Part shown: positions 40,856 through 55,166 of the stretch, in pieces
Layout: each line of letters opens with the position of its first letter
Numbering within the stretch: the first letter of the stretch is position 1
DNA from: Lytechinus pictus
Taxonomy: Eukaryota
NCBI RefSeq assembly: GCF_037042905.1
Contig: NC_087249.1
Span: forward strand, 49,104,001-49,168,000
Direction of reading: 5' to 3'
Length of the DNA: 64,000 nt
Notes under the pieces: model-generated
Databases searched by the model: none
Told to the model about the DNA's origin: nothing
Seen by the model: only the letters and a program-made list of their open reading frames with translations
Position numbers and translations under genes: made by a program

Positions 40856-41235
40856 TACCCCTTTCATAAACCCAATTATGCGGCTAATAGCAGCATAATT
40901 TGGTCGTAGAATCGGAGGAGGACCAGAGTTATCCGCATTATTTTGATGCTGCAAATATCCGCATAATAGCAGCATCGGGACAAAATTTTTAGTTTATGAA
41001 CGTATTTCCAAATAATGCGGATAATTGCCATGGTGCGGTCACAAGGTCACCCTTTTCCAACACAACCGCATCGGAGGGGGCGTGTCCAGTTGTCATGACG
41101 ATTATCCGCCTTTTTCAGGACAGGCGCTCGTAAAAATAAGGCGGATAATTTTCGGAGTTTGTGAACGCAATTTTTATTGAATTATCCGCATTACTATTAG
41201 GCGGCTAATTGGAGGATAGGTTTATGAAAGGGGTA
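40856..41235. mobile_element. PIF/Harbinger (Tourist-like) MITE
   Basis: TTA|TACCCCTTTCATAAACC...GGTTTATGAAAGGGGTA|TTA: perfect 17-bp TIR and TTA target duplication; internal ATCCGCA/TGCGG repeats. Confidence 0.85.
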
Positions 41236-43459
41236 TTATAAGGCATGTTGAAATAGATTGTGGGTCAATTTGTAATGCTGAACTTGAGGACTTCCATTCA
41301 ATTAAGCAAAAATATATTCTTCGTTGGGGTTTCGATACAATCTTAAACCATAATATTACAGGGTTGATGTCATGGGTGGGGGACTGCCCCTTAAAAAAAG
41401 AAGCAAAAGAAAAAACGGCTGAGAAAAAAAATATATGAGCAACATGTTATGTAAACTTGCTCTATTTTCTTATGCCTGTTCATAAGTTCCATGGAATATA
41501 TATACTTCTTTTTCCTTTCTTAAGTGAATAATCAAATCCAAAAATTGTATCACTGAGGCTATGCCTCACTTCAATTAAAAGCAACCAAAAGTCTGGGACA
41601 CCATCCTTTTCCCAAAGAGCTTAATAAAAGTCGTCTGGGTTGTAACCTTGACAATTTGTAAATGTCATGATTGATTTCGACCGTATACGTTCGTGCCGAC
41701 TCCCAACTATTAAGTTCAAGATTAAAACCTGAGGAAGTTCCGTAACAGGTACCTGCCCCTTCGTAAGTTTGAGTCAGTGTTCCTGTTGGGTCAATTTGAA
41801 GAAATTTAATCATCAGCTTTGCAATTCATACCCGCTTTGTTTACAAATAAGAAGACTGAGCTGCATACAACAGGTGCATTCCCAGTCTAAAGATGAAATT
41901 ATAAAATAATCAAAAAGGATATTTAATTTTTAAAACATAGATGGATCAGACAGTTACTATAAAAATGGAAATTTGTACTTTTTTTCTTTTTTTTCTAATT
42001 TTTGAAATGATTTAAATGGAATTTTGACTATTGGGGGGGGGAGGTGCAAGAGAATGATGATTTTTAATGAAAATGAAAGCAATATATGATTTAAGCATAT
42101 GATGTGGCAATAGAAAGCACTTTTTATCAGAGGCAATGAAGGTAGAGAACACAATAACATTCAGGTTTAAAACAGTAACCCTACATACATGAGTTAATCA
42201 TTTGTGACTAGTATGGCTTCAAATGGGAAATAAAAAAGGGTGTTTTCTCATCCTAAAGATATACTTGCAGCTACTTACATTCATCTATTAGACAAATCAT
42301 ATGAAAATTGATGTTTTTAAAAATGCATTAAAGTGAAATGGATGATTATTTTCCCCAATAGGAAAGACACAGCTATGATAGCAAACATCATCGATGGATG
42401 ACTAGTTTTTCATGATGATCACACAATATGATGCTTTTACCGGTACATGTAAAAGGGGGCGATGCTTACAAAACTGATCTCTAGACAAATGTGTATACAC
42501 AAGCTTTATAAACAAAATGAAATCAAATGCCACAGAATAATAATATGAAAGAGAGCATGCCAATTCATTGTCGAATGATTTGTTGAGAAAGCACACTGGA
42601 CCAGGCATTTATTTTGCCTAATGTGTACATGTAAGGTTACTTATGACTAGTAACGAGTAGTCGTAATTCAATTAATCATGACTGGTCAGTTTTGAAATGA
42701 GGGTGATAAAATTACAAGGACTCATATCACTCTTCTATAAACAAACAATACATGGCATTCTGTTCAGGAATTGAATTCCCGCATGATACACCTTCAAACA
42801 GTCCAAACACCATTGGTTTTAATCACAGTTGTGCTAGAGCTGCTCCAAAGATACTTTGTGCGGATATTTCTTACCACTGCCCCCACTTAAGTGCATTATT
42901 TGTCTATTATTGCCTTGAATATTAGACTATTGCCTTGTGTTTTCATAGAATTTCCCTATATGTTTATACTATTATATTGTCTTTATATACTATTGTGTTG
43001 TATTTTCAAACTATGACCTTGTATATACTATTGCCTTGTATTTTACACTATTGCCTTTTCATATGTAATAAATAACCATGGACATACTGGGTCCTATACA
43101 AAAATAAGCAAAACTCTGTTAATCTTTGTATCAGGACAGGTCACTATCGCTATAGCAACCAAGACATCCGACCAGTGTCAATTAATCAGATGCTGAATAT
43201 ATAGCTGAATAAGGTTCTTAAATATCAGAAGAAAAAATAACTAACCTTGGATATGTCAAGCAGGTAAAGTCTCAAGGTAATCCAAGAGCGGATATATTCA
43301 ATGAGGCTTCTTTTTCCCCATATAGGATTTATTAAAAGCGATGGGGTACAATCATTCGCACATGATACCCCCCATATGAAGATCAAGCTCAGGATTTCCG
43401 ATCAAGGCCTCAAACAAATCAGAACAACCCTTTTCAGTAATTTCTGGAGGGTATATCTG

Positions 43460-44036
43460 TAAAGGTCAAGTCACCCCAGAAAAATGTTGATTTTGAATAA
43501 ATAGAGAAAAATCAAACTACATGTGGCATAACACTGAAAATATCATCAAAATCTGATGTAAAATAACAAAGGTATATTTTAAAATTTCACTTATTTTTCA
43601 CTAAATAGTTATATGCACAACTCAGTAATATGCAAATGAGAGAGTTGATGATGTCCCTCATTTACTATTTCTTGTTTTTTAGTGTATGAATTATATAATA
43701 TTTCATTTATTTACAGATTTGACAATAAGGACCAACTTGACTGAACCATATGGTATTAAAACAATGCTAATTCCACATATTCAGGGACGAGTTAATCTTT
43801 CTTTCACTTGACAGTGAGAAAATGAGAATATTTCATATAATAAAATACAAAAGAAATATTTGCATACCACCCAGAATGTGCATATAAACTGTTTTTTTTT
43901 TAATTAAGCAAAACTTTAAAATGTTTTAATTTTCTTATTTTACATCAGATTTTGTTGAAATTTTCAGTGTTATGCTTGTTGTATTTTTCTCTTTTTATTC
44001 AAATCAACTTTCTGTTGGGGTGGACTTGTCCTTTAA
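43460..44036 (-). mobile_element. MITE family A, inverted and more diverged copy
   Basis: Ends TGGGGTGGACTTGTCCTTTAA; internal sequence is the reverse complement of the other two copies. Confidence 0.85.
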
Positions 44037-45239
44037 GTGAATAGTTTTTATGATGGATCATTAAGTTTTGAATTGAATTACTGTGTAACGATTGATGACC
44101 CCCCCCCCCCCCCCAGGTTTTTAATATTTGAGCTTTGAAAATGTTATTTGAGTAAATGCAATGCAACACAAGCAGAATTTCCATTTCAAAATAATGAAAA
44201 AAAAATCTCAAACACTTTGCAATTGCTTTTTTAAAGATAACCTCTGCTTTTTGGGAAACAGTTTTTTTTACAAGTAACACACTGCCTCATTTTTTCTCTT
44301 AATTTCAGATGCTATGATATCTACTAATAAGTTCTTAGTATCGTTAAATCTTTTAGAATTAACCACAAGCAGTCCAAATAGCCACCATACAGTGTATTCT
44401 CCATTTCCCAAAGAAAATTCTACTAAGAATTTTATAAAAATGAAGCCAGACGTGCCAAGGAATACACCATCCGCTGCCTTACACAATATCTAACAGGAGT
44501 TTCTTCTTAAAACAATTTTCCATAGCAGAAAACAATGATATGAAATTAAATGACAGAGGAACAAGAGGCTTTATGAAAAAAGAATTATGGATGGGCTTGG
44601 AAAGATTAAAATAAACAAGCATGGAAAACAGAGAGAGATGAATAAAAAAAATAATAAACACAGACATGGAGAAAATATTCCATGATTTGTGATATCAAAC
44701 ATTCACAAAGAAAAATGCTCTGATCATGTCATCTTAGTTTATTATTCATTTTAATAGGGTTTAGGATTTTGTTCCATATTCGTAATATTCATGAATTCAG
44801 GACATGCCAAAATTCAGTAAAAATGAAGAATGAGAGTGCTGAAAGCAAATTATGATTTTTACTGCATCAGAATCATACATATCAAAGCCAGGGATATTTG
44901 TTTAAATTGACTGCTTTTGATTTCAAGTTCACTGTGAGTTTGTATAATATGAAAATTTGAAAGTTTTAGATTGAAACTTAATGAATATGGAGGGTTTTAC
45001 TATTATCCCTGTTTCACAAATCATGGATATCAATCCTTCTGTATCACGGTAAGATTGTTATTGATTGCAAGGCCATGCATGCGAATGTCATGATTCAAGG
45101 ACGAAGGATGGGGGGAGATGGTGCACAGAATCAATGGGAGGACGAGAAACACCTACACATGAATTTTGACAGAACACTCTTGGTTTTCGTACGAAGTATT
45201 TGATTTTTTTTTTAAGGCACAAACTCAAAACTTTTTTAC

Positions 45240-46425
45240 CTTCACGGGTCAACTTGACAGAGCCCATGACTGAGTCCTCAGGGGAGAGCCTTCCACCGAT
45301 TCCTGGATAATTACTATCATTAATATCGTTATCATCATCTTTATTATTAGTGGTATCTGTTTCCATAGCAACGTGATCATCCACCACCCTCTTAACTCCA
45401 TGCGAGGATGGTGATTCGGATTTATCCTCTTTGACCGAGCTACAAAGCTCATCTTTCTTCCCAACATCCAATCCTTCCTCCATTTTAATAGCATCCTGCA
45501 TTTCTTCTTTCTTCTCCTCCTTCCTCCCCACAACCATCACTTTACCCTTGCCCTTTTCCGGCGGACTCTTCCTTATCTCTTCTTCGACACTACTAATCAT
45601 GGCGGCCACAGTCCCTACTTTCACTCTTTCCTTCGCCTCTTCCTCCACCTCAAACTCCTCCGCAGAGGATTCGTCCTCCAGGAAGTCGTCGCTCCCTTCC
45701 ATCTCCTCTCCTGTCTCCACCTCCTCATCCTCCTCCATGATCGTCTCCACCCCGAACATGTTCTTGCCCAGATCCAGCGGATCCGGCAGGTCCACCAGGA
45801 GGTCCAAGTCGGCAATGCCCAACCCTTCCCCAACCCCTCCGTGTCCCTGCTCTTCCACGCTACCAGCGTCCATCAACCCATCTCCCCCAAGCTTGAACGG
45901 CACCTCACCGTTGTCTTCCACCCCTCCCACCTTATTAGTAGTACTGCCATCTTCCTTTACCTTAGCATCATCCCCAAACAAGCTTGGATCAACATCAAGC
46001 AACTTCTCTATATCATCATGCCTACCCTTCTCTGTTCCTATGTCCTGACCATTTTTCTGATTCTCTAAGGCATCTATCTTACTCCTATCGCTTACACTCT
46101 CAGCTTTCTGAGGGGGGAATATTGCACTATCAGAGGGTAAATCTGAATTTCTGGATAAAGAATCTGAGATGGGTGTAGATTCTATTTCCCTACCTCTACT
46201 ACCCTTTGGGCCAAACGGGGGCAGGGCGGGGAGGACCATGGGCCCCAGGCCCTTCGGTTTGGAAGTGGAGCCATTGGAATGTTGTTGGGCGGGGCTTGTA
46301 GAAAGCGCCACGCCGGGGAAAGGTAACTCACTGTCAAGATCGATAGGGGCGGGGCTCTTTGTGGGGGTAGAGGGCTCTTCTGCTATTGGGGAGGGGGCAT
46401 CGTCAAGTCGACTGCTGGACCGCTT
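45240..46425 (-). CDS. Exon 3, 1186 nt; Pro/Ser-rich then highly acidic disordered segment
   Basis: Lies inside the 467-aa ORF. Polypyrimidine tract and CTGCAG| acceptor, donor GAAG|GTAAAA; phase 0 to 1 fits both neighbours. Confidence 0.9.
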
Positions 46426-46664
46426 CTGCAGAGAGATGGAGAGAAAGAGAACAGAAAAAGAGAAAAGACTGGTGATACAATGATCTTTCAAATTTGATTA
46501 AACACTTGATACAGCTACACGGACGACAATTCACACTGAGACAGTATTGGGTCAATTTCATGTAGATTTACTGTATTGTACACCTCTTGGCCGAACACTT
46601 TCAGCTTAATTGATTGATACTGCTGTTCCATCTAGGATTTCATATATATGAAAGATTAGAAAGT

Positions 46665-46995
46665 GAACACAGAACATTCGTAATTGCAGAATTTAAAACC
46701 ACCCAGGTGTTTATGCCTGTGCATATTGTGACTTGCGCTACATTATGCTCTGTTGACCAACAAATGACTGTGAATGCATCATGATATGTATCCTCTTGCA
46801 AAAATGGATCAGCAAGGATTTCAAGTACGGGCAGCAAAATAGAAAGAGAACACAGAACAATGACAACAGCAGAATTTTAAACCACACAGGTGTTTATGAC
46901 CCCTGCTTGTAAATATATTTGCGACTTGCCTTCCCTTCGTCATTCTATGTAGAACAACACATGACTGTGTATGTATGTATCAAGCATGATGTTCG
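46665..46995. repeat. Diverged ~185-bp tandem duplication
   Basis: GAACACAGAACA...GCAGAATTT(A/T)AAACCAC.CAGGTGTTTATG x2. Confidence 0.65.
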
Positions 46996-47105
46996 TATTA
47001 CTATATATCCCATCTTATGATCGATCAACGAGGGGCCAATTACGGAATGAATATTCCCTCCTTCCTCTTCATCCTTCCCCTTTTTAATACAGGGTATGGG
47101 TAAAG

Positions 47106-47559
47106 AATAGACCAGTTCGTAGTTACTTCAGGGACAATTTTGGTCAAATGACCTTTCATTTCTTTCATTATGATAGGCAGATTTCAAATCAAGATATTAC
47201 GTAAGCTTGCCTTGCATAGCAGGGTGAAGAAATTGAATAGACCAGGTCACTAGAATAGCACACCAATGAACACTTTATGAAGGTATTTGTTGCATTCCTA
47301 CTCTGAATGCATATCGTAGCATGTTGCACAATTACTTGGCAAACTGTGAAATACCGTCGTTCGTGGACTCATTGTTGTTTTTGTGGATGTAAATGAAAAC
47401 CACAATTTAAAAGAATATATGAATAATCAAGACATCAAAGTTGGTGCTTATCTCATTAGATTTTAAACCACCATGTCACTTTTAGTACAAATGACCTTCC
47501 TCTGATCATGCGTAGAATCTATTGATCATGCGCAGAATGGAACTACGAACGGGCTTATT
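47106..47559. mobile_element. Unclassified TIR element
   Basis: AATAGACCAGTTCGTAGTT...AACTACGAACGGGCTTATT. Confidence 0.6.
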
Positions 47560-48968
47560 GTCAGGTGCGCTATATGATTGTGATATATACCCCACAAACA
47601 AAGAGGTGGCCCCCAATAGCAACGTACACTTCCCATTGATGTATTTGTGTGTCATGGCAGCAGGGAAAATGGGGGTTGAGGGCGATTTAGCTCACAAAAT
47701 GCTCAAAACAGCCCTGGAAACTAAAATAAGATGCCCTGGAAAATACCCATTTGTTGCAATATTAAAGCTTATTCAATGTTGCAGATTCAGGTAGTAAGTT
47801 GTGAAAAGTAGCCCCCGAAATTAAAAAAATAATTTTTATGCCAGAAGGAAATGATTTTCCTGGTATCGCATTGGAATTTGCTCCACAAAATTTTACGCAA
47901 GCTACACAAAATCTCCCTTGTGAAGCAATTTTTTCATGTGTAGATTTACGACTGTATCAAATAAAGTTGAAGGTTTTTTTTCTAACAATCAGAAATGCTA
48001 ATCAAATTAAAAAAAAGTAAAATTATTCCCTGAACTGCATGACAGTATAGATGAATATGAAGTATATTCCCCAAAGACAGCCTTTTCCCCTTCATTTGAT
48101 GGCGATTTGGTAAATCAATGTTATGTGCATTGAACCTCTATTTGATTTATGTTGCAATGGTAGTTCATTATGATAGCAGATTTAACATCATTTGCAAATA
48201 GAGTGATACATAATTCACAATCTATTAAATTATTATTATTTATCATGTATTCGTTTATCTATTTTTCTTCTTTCTTCAATTATTTTCATTTCTATTCTTT
48301 AACTTTCATTTTTGAAATTTACTTTCACTCTTATTCATTTATTCTCATCTTTATTCATACATATCCATTTTCATTTCTATTCATATATTTTATTTCTTAT
48401 ATGCATTTATATTTTATTTTTCAATTTTTAATATATTTCAAAGCGACCTAATTTCAGACAACCATATCTAAACAATAAACACTTATGCAGTGAAAGGCAC
48501 ACAATAATACTGCTATAACATTAACCTATGATTATTACAAAAAAATTGCTAAGACCTTGAAGTATAGATGGCTGATCCTTTCCTTGTCTCTAGGCAAACA
48601 TGTATGAAAAAGTGACTTAATCATGACAACCCGAAGGTTAGTTTTTAGAAATGTCATATCCAATGTCAAACCTTAAGATGATCAATCAGAATTTAGGAGT
48701 CTTTTCATTAAGAAAGGACAAGTTGAATCTGCAAAGACCAATTTACCTGTTTCTCTCTCTCTCTCTTATTAAAAAGGATAATTAACTGTCAGATCTGACA
48801 TTCAGAATCATGATAATTTCACCTTCATCTGACTGATGAAAATATCTTTGTATAGAAATGTACATAGAATGGTCTAAATGAACGACACTTCATGAAGTTG
48901 AATGGGGATCAAATAATAGGTTCATATTTTTAGATAACAACCTAATTTCAATACTTGATATGGGTATA

Positions 48969-49240
48969 CAGGGTTCCAGCTTTTCAAGAAAACACAATTC
49001 CCTGATTTTTTTCCCTGATGAAGTTTAAAAATTCCCTGATAATTATTTAAACCCATTCCCAGTTTCGCATGTTTTCTAAGTTATTGCAGTGAATTTCATG
49101 TATTTTCAGTATAAAAGAGTCTGACTGACTACCGTCTGACTACCAGATTCGAGGTATTTTTATATCAAATTCCCTAATTTTTCCCTCACTGGAAATCAGT
49201 AAAATAATTTTCTGATTTCCCTGATGGGCTGGGAACCCTG
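48969..49240. mobile_element. hAT-like MITE with 5-bp target duplication
   Basis: GTATA|CAGGGTTCC...GGAACCCTG|GTATA; subterminal TTCCCTGA repeats. Confidence 0.75.
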
Positions 49241-49865
49241 GTATAAACGCTATAATATACAATATCGATGAGAACTGTTTCTAGATAGTAAAATTTTTGA
49301 AATTTAGAACACAAAAAAGAAAAAATTAAGTATTTTCAAGTTTTACATTATGGTACTTAAAATAATTGATTAGCTTACAACTTTTAAAATTTACAACTGT
49401 CATTATTTCATTTCATAGCTGCATTTGTTTTTGTTTGAGATTTTTTTGCTTTTACAATGAATATAAAAATGAAAAAAAAAAATTGAATCAAATACAACAT
49501 AAATTTTGAATTAAAAAAAAGCAATATACCGTAACCGTACTACTCTTTAAAAAATGGATTTTCTTTCCTTTGTTAAAAAGTGGATTTATACCACAGAATA
49601 TTGTCAGAGGCCACAAGGCTCATATTAATATTTTTCAGACTTCTGAAGACCTGACGATCAGGGCATTACAGCAACAAATATATACCTGCTGTTAAGTACT
49701 CCAAAAATAGTTATATGCACCAATATATTTATAGTAAGGATATTAAGGAGGCCCAAAGATCAGCATGAGAAAACTAAGGGGCAAATGTTTGAGGCACAGT
49801 AGAAAGTAGGAAATATTAATGACGACGAAGAAGAGATACAGTATTGCATCTTATTTATACTCTTC

Positions 49866-50259
49866 TTAAAGGGGAAGGCCAACCTGAAAGAAAAATTATT
49901 GTAAAAATAGCAGAAAAATAATAGAAAATATTAACCAAGACCTAGTTTGAGTAAAATCCATCAAAGAATTACTGTAAAAAGTTATTAGAAGTTTAATTAT
50001 TTGATTTGTGACGTCATATGCGACCAGCATTCCTACATAGCCAATGGTAAAAAAAGCAATGTAATGTCATTTCTCAGAAAATTGAAATTGCTTTTTTCTG
50101 TACTTTTTGTATATCAAGAGACAAATCATTTCACACCCAATCGTGACAAGAAAACAAAAATAAGTCATCAGGAACCATTAAAACATGAAAATCATGCATT
50201 TTATATTACATAACATATGGGACAGCTGCTCGTTTATGACATCACAAATCCAAAACTTA
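49866..50259. mobile_element. Truncated TTAAAGGGG-type MITE (family B)
   Basis: Starts TTAAAGGGGAAGGCCAACC; internal inversion TTTGATTTGTGACGTCATA / TATGACATCACAAATCCAAA; right end missing. Confidence 0.6.
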
Positions 50260-50453
50260 AAATTCTATTAACTTTCTTAATCATTAACGGATTTTCCTCT
50301 TGTTAAGATGTATTTTGTTCCACTTATGACATGAATCGCGACTTATTGTTGGCACACATTATTACATCATGATATATTTTGTGTATATTTTGTGTCAAAA
50401 TGAATAAATGTGTATAATCATTTTGAAGAGTTTCTTAAAAACCATTTTGACCT

Positions 50454-50962
50454 TTAAAGGACAAGTCCACCCCAACAAAAAGTTGATTTGAATATAAAGA
50501 GAAAAATCCAACAAGCATAACACTGAAAATTTCATCAAAATCGGATGTAATTGTAAAATAAGAAAGTTATGACTGAAAGTTTCGCTTAATTTCACAAAAC
50601 AGTTACATGTACATGCACATCCTGGCTGGTATGCAAATGAGGAGACTATGACGTCATCCACTCACTATTTCTTTTGCATTTTATTATATGATATATGAAA
50701 TATTCTAATTTTCTCCTCATTGTCAAGTGATACAACAATTAATTCCTCCCTGAACATGTGAAACTAGCATTGTTTGATACTATATGGTTCAGTCAAGTTG
50801 GTCCTTATTATCAAATCTATAAAAAATGACATATTGTATAATTCAAACAATAAAAAAACAAAAGAAATAGTGAGTGATGGACATCATCGACTGACTCACC
50901 TAGTTGTGCATATCACTGTTTTGCGAAAAATAAGCGAAACTTTTAAATGTTATCAGTTTTTC
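50454..50962 (+). mobile_element. MITE family A, 3'-truncated copy
   Basis: Highly similar to 54559-55060 and in the same orientation. Confidence 0.85.
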
Positions 50963-51830
50963 TAATTAGTAGTAAACTGGGGGTACAAACATAGCTACTC
51001 TTTAAGTGTTGTCCCAGATAGCAGACCGTTATAATCAAAGCTTAATGAGTTTAATTTGTATTGAGGTTGACACATAGTTAAATGTGTGGGTTGACTTCCT
51101 TCTAGTTATCAAATTAACACTTTCAGGACACTAATCATTAAGCACGTCTGGGCAAGGCAAACTACTTAATTGGCAACAATGAAATTTTCATCACATCACA
51201 TATATTTGTAGCTTTTTTTTATGAAGATATATGTACATAAAACAACATACATGTATATGAAAAAGGTGGATATTTGCACCTTTTTTTGGGGGGGGTTGGG
51301 TAGTCTGCAGGAACAGACCCTGATTGAAACTTTGATCAACAAGCATGTCTCCACGCAAAGATTATCACATACAAAACTCGCTGTTTCAATTCCTGAGCGA
51401 GAGGGCCTTCAGTACACAAGGCATGAGTAGGCTGCACATTCAGACCCTTAACTCGAGTGAAGGGTTTGCACAGCAGACGAGGTGTCGGTGGGCTCCCTTT
51501 TTTCAGAATTTCCCATTGGTAAAACAAATTGAAATGAAAAATTACTAATTTTCTTTTGTGCAAGGTCTAATTGTTACTTAGTACAGGGAGTTGTCCTTTG
51601 ACAACTTATTATTGCAAGGTCTCAAATTTTAATCAGCAAACTTCAAAACTGCAGCAGAGCAAACTCATTATTGATATAACATTACAGTAGTTGATCTTTC
51701 TGCAAATTGAATGATACGATCATCTATAGTAGTTTTAAAAAGAAACTATACACCTCCATATAACCCCATAACAAGTGGTCCTGTATTGATTCAATAGAGG
51801 ATGTATTATTCTACTTGTACCTAAGTTCTT

Positions 51831-52422
51831 TTAAAGGAGAATGAAACCCTTGAAACCAGCTGAATCCATATCAAAGAGAAAAATCAAAGAAACATATTGT
51901 TGAAAGTTTGAGGAAGATTGAATGAATAATAAGAAAGTTATGAGCATTTGAATATTGAGATCACTAATGCCATGTAGATCCTCCCATTGGCAATGCGACC
52001 AAGATCTGTGATGTCACACACGTACAACTCCCTCATTACTTTAGTACTTATTTCACTTATATTCTCACTTTTATAGAGTCTATCACAAGGTGAGGTGTTC
52101 TCTTTATGAGAGGACAAGTACAGAGGTTTCACAACATTATATCATTGATGAATCGCTTGTCATATGATTAGAATGAGCAAAAAGAGATGTTTTGGGGTAT
52201 ATTTTCAGTGTCCAAAAGGGGAGAGTTGTTCATCTATTACATCATATATCTTGGTCGCATTGCCAATGGGAGGATCTCCATAGCATTAGTGATCTCGACA
52301 TTCAAATGCTCATAACTCTTCTATTGCTAGTTCTATTTTACTCAAACTTTTGTTGATCTTATTCTTTGATTTTTCTGCTTTCACAAAAGCTAACTTGCTC
52401 CAAGAGTTTCATTCTCCTTTAA
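51831..52422. mobile_element. TTAA-flanked fold-back MITE (Kolobok/T2-like family C)
   Basis: TTAA|AGGAGAATGAAAC...GTTTCATTCTCCT|TTAA; ~180-bp inverted arms (GATCCTCCCATTGGCAATGCGACCAAGAT and its complement). Confidence 0.85.
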
Positions 52423-53322
52423 CTGAATTAATGAGAAGAGTTCAAAGAGGAGTTGGTCTAATAAGTGTTAATGGCTGGGAAATGTCTGAGATAGTGGCAG
52501 CTAATTGAATTGATACCGTAAATGCTTCAAACCAGTCAGGTAATTCTGGCGTCATACAATGTTTGGGTGTGTGAGCTGTCCACTTCCGAGAAACAAGTAC
52601 AAAATATGTTTTCAAGATTCACATAGAGAGTGACATGTACATGACATGTAATGATTATTTTTAAAATCAAATGTTTTCACATGAAAATCGGGGGCAGTTC
52701 TTGTTATAAGGTTGAAGTGTTCAGTTGCCTATACCGTATGCCATATTAAAGTGCATTTTTAATTTGAAACATTGTGATGGTAATTTCACTCTCGAAGCTG
52801 AATAATGGAACTCCAATGGATTAGGAAGGATGAGACTGAATCCGATCTGGATTAGATGCATTCAACAATCCAAATACATCCATGCACTGTAAAGTTCATC
52901 TGTTCTGGGTCAAAAGGTCATGGGCATTACACTAACTCATTTAGAGTTCAAACTGTGCATTATGAGTTAACCACCACAGAGTCCTTTTGGTCCTGAACAG
53001 ATGCCTTAAAGACCTAAGACCTCTCACCTCTCATGGAGAGTGACATTCAAAATGCAATAAGCATGCACATGTCCAATTTTAAAACAGAAGTAATGGCAAT
53101 ATTTTACCTCAACATACATATACAATAATCACAAACATATCAATCTAAAACAAAATTTAAAATGTGTTATGTTTGACTTACCAATGATTGTTATGCATGT
53201 ACTTACCCCAGCAATAGATATCTAAACAAAAGAGATTTATTATCATACTACTCACTCCATAAATCAATGAAAAGAATTATAATTACATGAAAAATCTTTT
53301 TTTTAAGGTGGAGGTTATTTAC

Positions 53323-53456
53323 CTGTGGCGTCCGAGCACGAGCTTTTTTACTAGGTCTCCTATTAGAGGGGGCTACAGATATTCTGTGTTTGGCCGCTGA
53401 GCTTGATAATAGCTTTGATGACTTGATGAGATCAAGGTCGACATCACCGGGATTAT
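53323..53456 (-). CDS. Exon 2 with CRACD/KIAA1211 (DUF4592)-like motif: DNPGDVDLDLIKSSKLLSSSAAKHRISVAPSNRRPSKKARARTPQ
   Basis: Acceptor TTTCTTTCAAAG|, donor CAG|GTAAAT; 134 nt, phase 1 to 0. LSSSAAKHRISVAP resembles the LDNSAAKHKLSVKP motif of the CRACD family (recalled from memory). Confidence 0.85.
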
Positions 53457-54558
53457 CTTTGAAAGAAATAAAGATGTGGTGAAATTATTGGTAAACTTTT
53501 TACTCTTCATCTTCGTAAGTAAACATGACTAGGGTAAAAACATAATAAAGGGGAAAGACAGGTAAGTTTTGAAATGGATTTATGGAAAAACAACCACTTC
53601 AGCCAGAATGATCATAATAAATGAAATAATTAATCATTACAAACATCTTAGACCAGCTACATAATTTATGTATGGTGTCTTCAAAATTCCCCCAAACACA
53701 TTTGATTTTGATCTGATTTGAAAGTCAAGTAAACAAAAATCTGTATATTTCTACTTTCGTATTAATCATCAAAGATTAGATTGACATGAATGTTGTCTAA
53801 TAAATTATAGGTTCATCAAAAGCAGAAAATAAATGTAATAGATTTAGAATAAAAAATTCTGCAAATTCTGCAAATTTGTGTGATAATTAAAAATAGTGAA
53901 GAAGAATTTATTTCATCTTCATGTAGACCAGTCACAATTATATTTTGAAATTAAACACTTCCATTTTGTAAAGTATTTCAGAAACATGAGCCTGCACATG
54001 TCAGATTCATGCACTAATTGAAAAGGAATGTAATTTTATTTCCTTCCTCCCAAACTAATAGTAGTAATTAAGGCAAATATATTAAGGTATATTCAGATCT
54101 TATTTAGATGGCGGTAGCAGTAATGCAATATCCTTCTCAGGGGCCTATTGGGCAGGTCAGGATTGAATAAATAAACACACTACGTGTACATATTTTTCAA
54201 GGTGAAAAACATAGCTCAACTTTTAGTTTCTAAAATACCCAATTTTTTTCTTCATCGTTATGCAACGTGTCATCTTTAATGTACATTCCCATAAACAAAG
54301 CTTATTGTTTGGGGGGGGGGAGGTCTATTGCAACATTCTACTACCGCACTTGAATAGTGTCAAGTAGCATACCTACATTGACAAGGGGAATTTAAACTCA
54401 ATTTTGTAGCCAGAAGTGTCTTGAAACAAGTTTGTTTGGAACATGGTGGCGACATTTCTCCTTTCATATACTAATCAACAATAAAGATCAACTCACAAAA
54501 AACAGACATTTGATATCGGTGTTTAATCTATTCAGCCCTTCGCCTCATTTTATGGTCT

Positions 54559-55166
54559 TTAAAGGACAAGTCCACCCCAACAAAAAGTTGATTTGAATAA
54601 AAAGAGAAAAATCCATCAAGCATAACACTGAAAATTTTATCAAAATCGGATGTAAAATACGAAAGTTATGACATTTTAAAGTTTCGTTTAATTTCACAAA
54701 ACAGTTATATGGACAAAACAGTTATATGGCTGGTATGCAAATGAGGAGACTATGACGTCATCCACTCGCTATTGCTTTTGTATTTCATTATATGACATAT
54801 GAAATATTCTAATTTTCTCCTCATTGTCAAGTGATACAATAATTAATTCCTCCCTGAACATGTGGAATTAGCATTGTTTAATACTATATGGTTCAGTCAA
54901 GTTGGTCCTTATTGTCAAATCTATAAAAATTAAATATTGTATAATTCAAACAATAAAAAACAAAAGAAATAGTGAGTGATGGACATCATCGACTGACTCA
55001 CCTAGTTGTGCATATCACTGTTTTGTGAAAAATAAGCGAAACTTTAAGATGTCATAACTTTCTGATTTTACATCCGATTTTGATGATATTTTCAGCACTA
55101 TATGCTAGTTTGATTTTTCTCTATTTATTCAAGTCAGCACTTTCCTGGGGTGGACTTGACCTTTAA
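54559..55166 (+). mobile_element. TTAA-flanked MITE family A (Kolobok/T2-like), full length
   Basis: TTAA|AGGACAAGTCCACCCCA...TGGGGTGGACTTGACCT|TTAA with long inverted arms; three copies in the window. Confidence 0.85.

Noticed and set aside
43246-43456. Exon-like segment with TTTACAG acceptor and AAG|GTTAGT donor on the minus strand
   Set aside because: Stops in all three frames, and the acceptor tract is supplied by a MITE end; at best a non-coding or poison exon.
45431-46483. Plus-strand 205-aa and 104-aa ORFs
   Set aside because: Antisense shadows of the Glu-rich exon 3.
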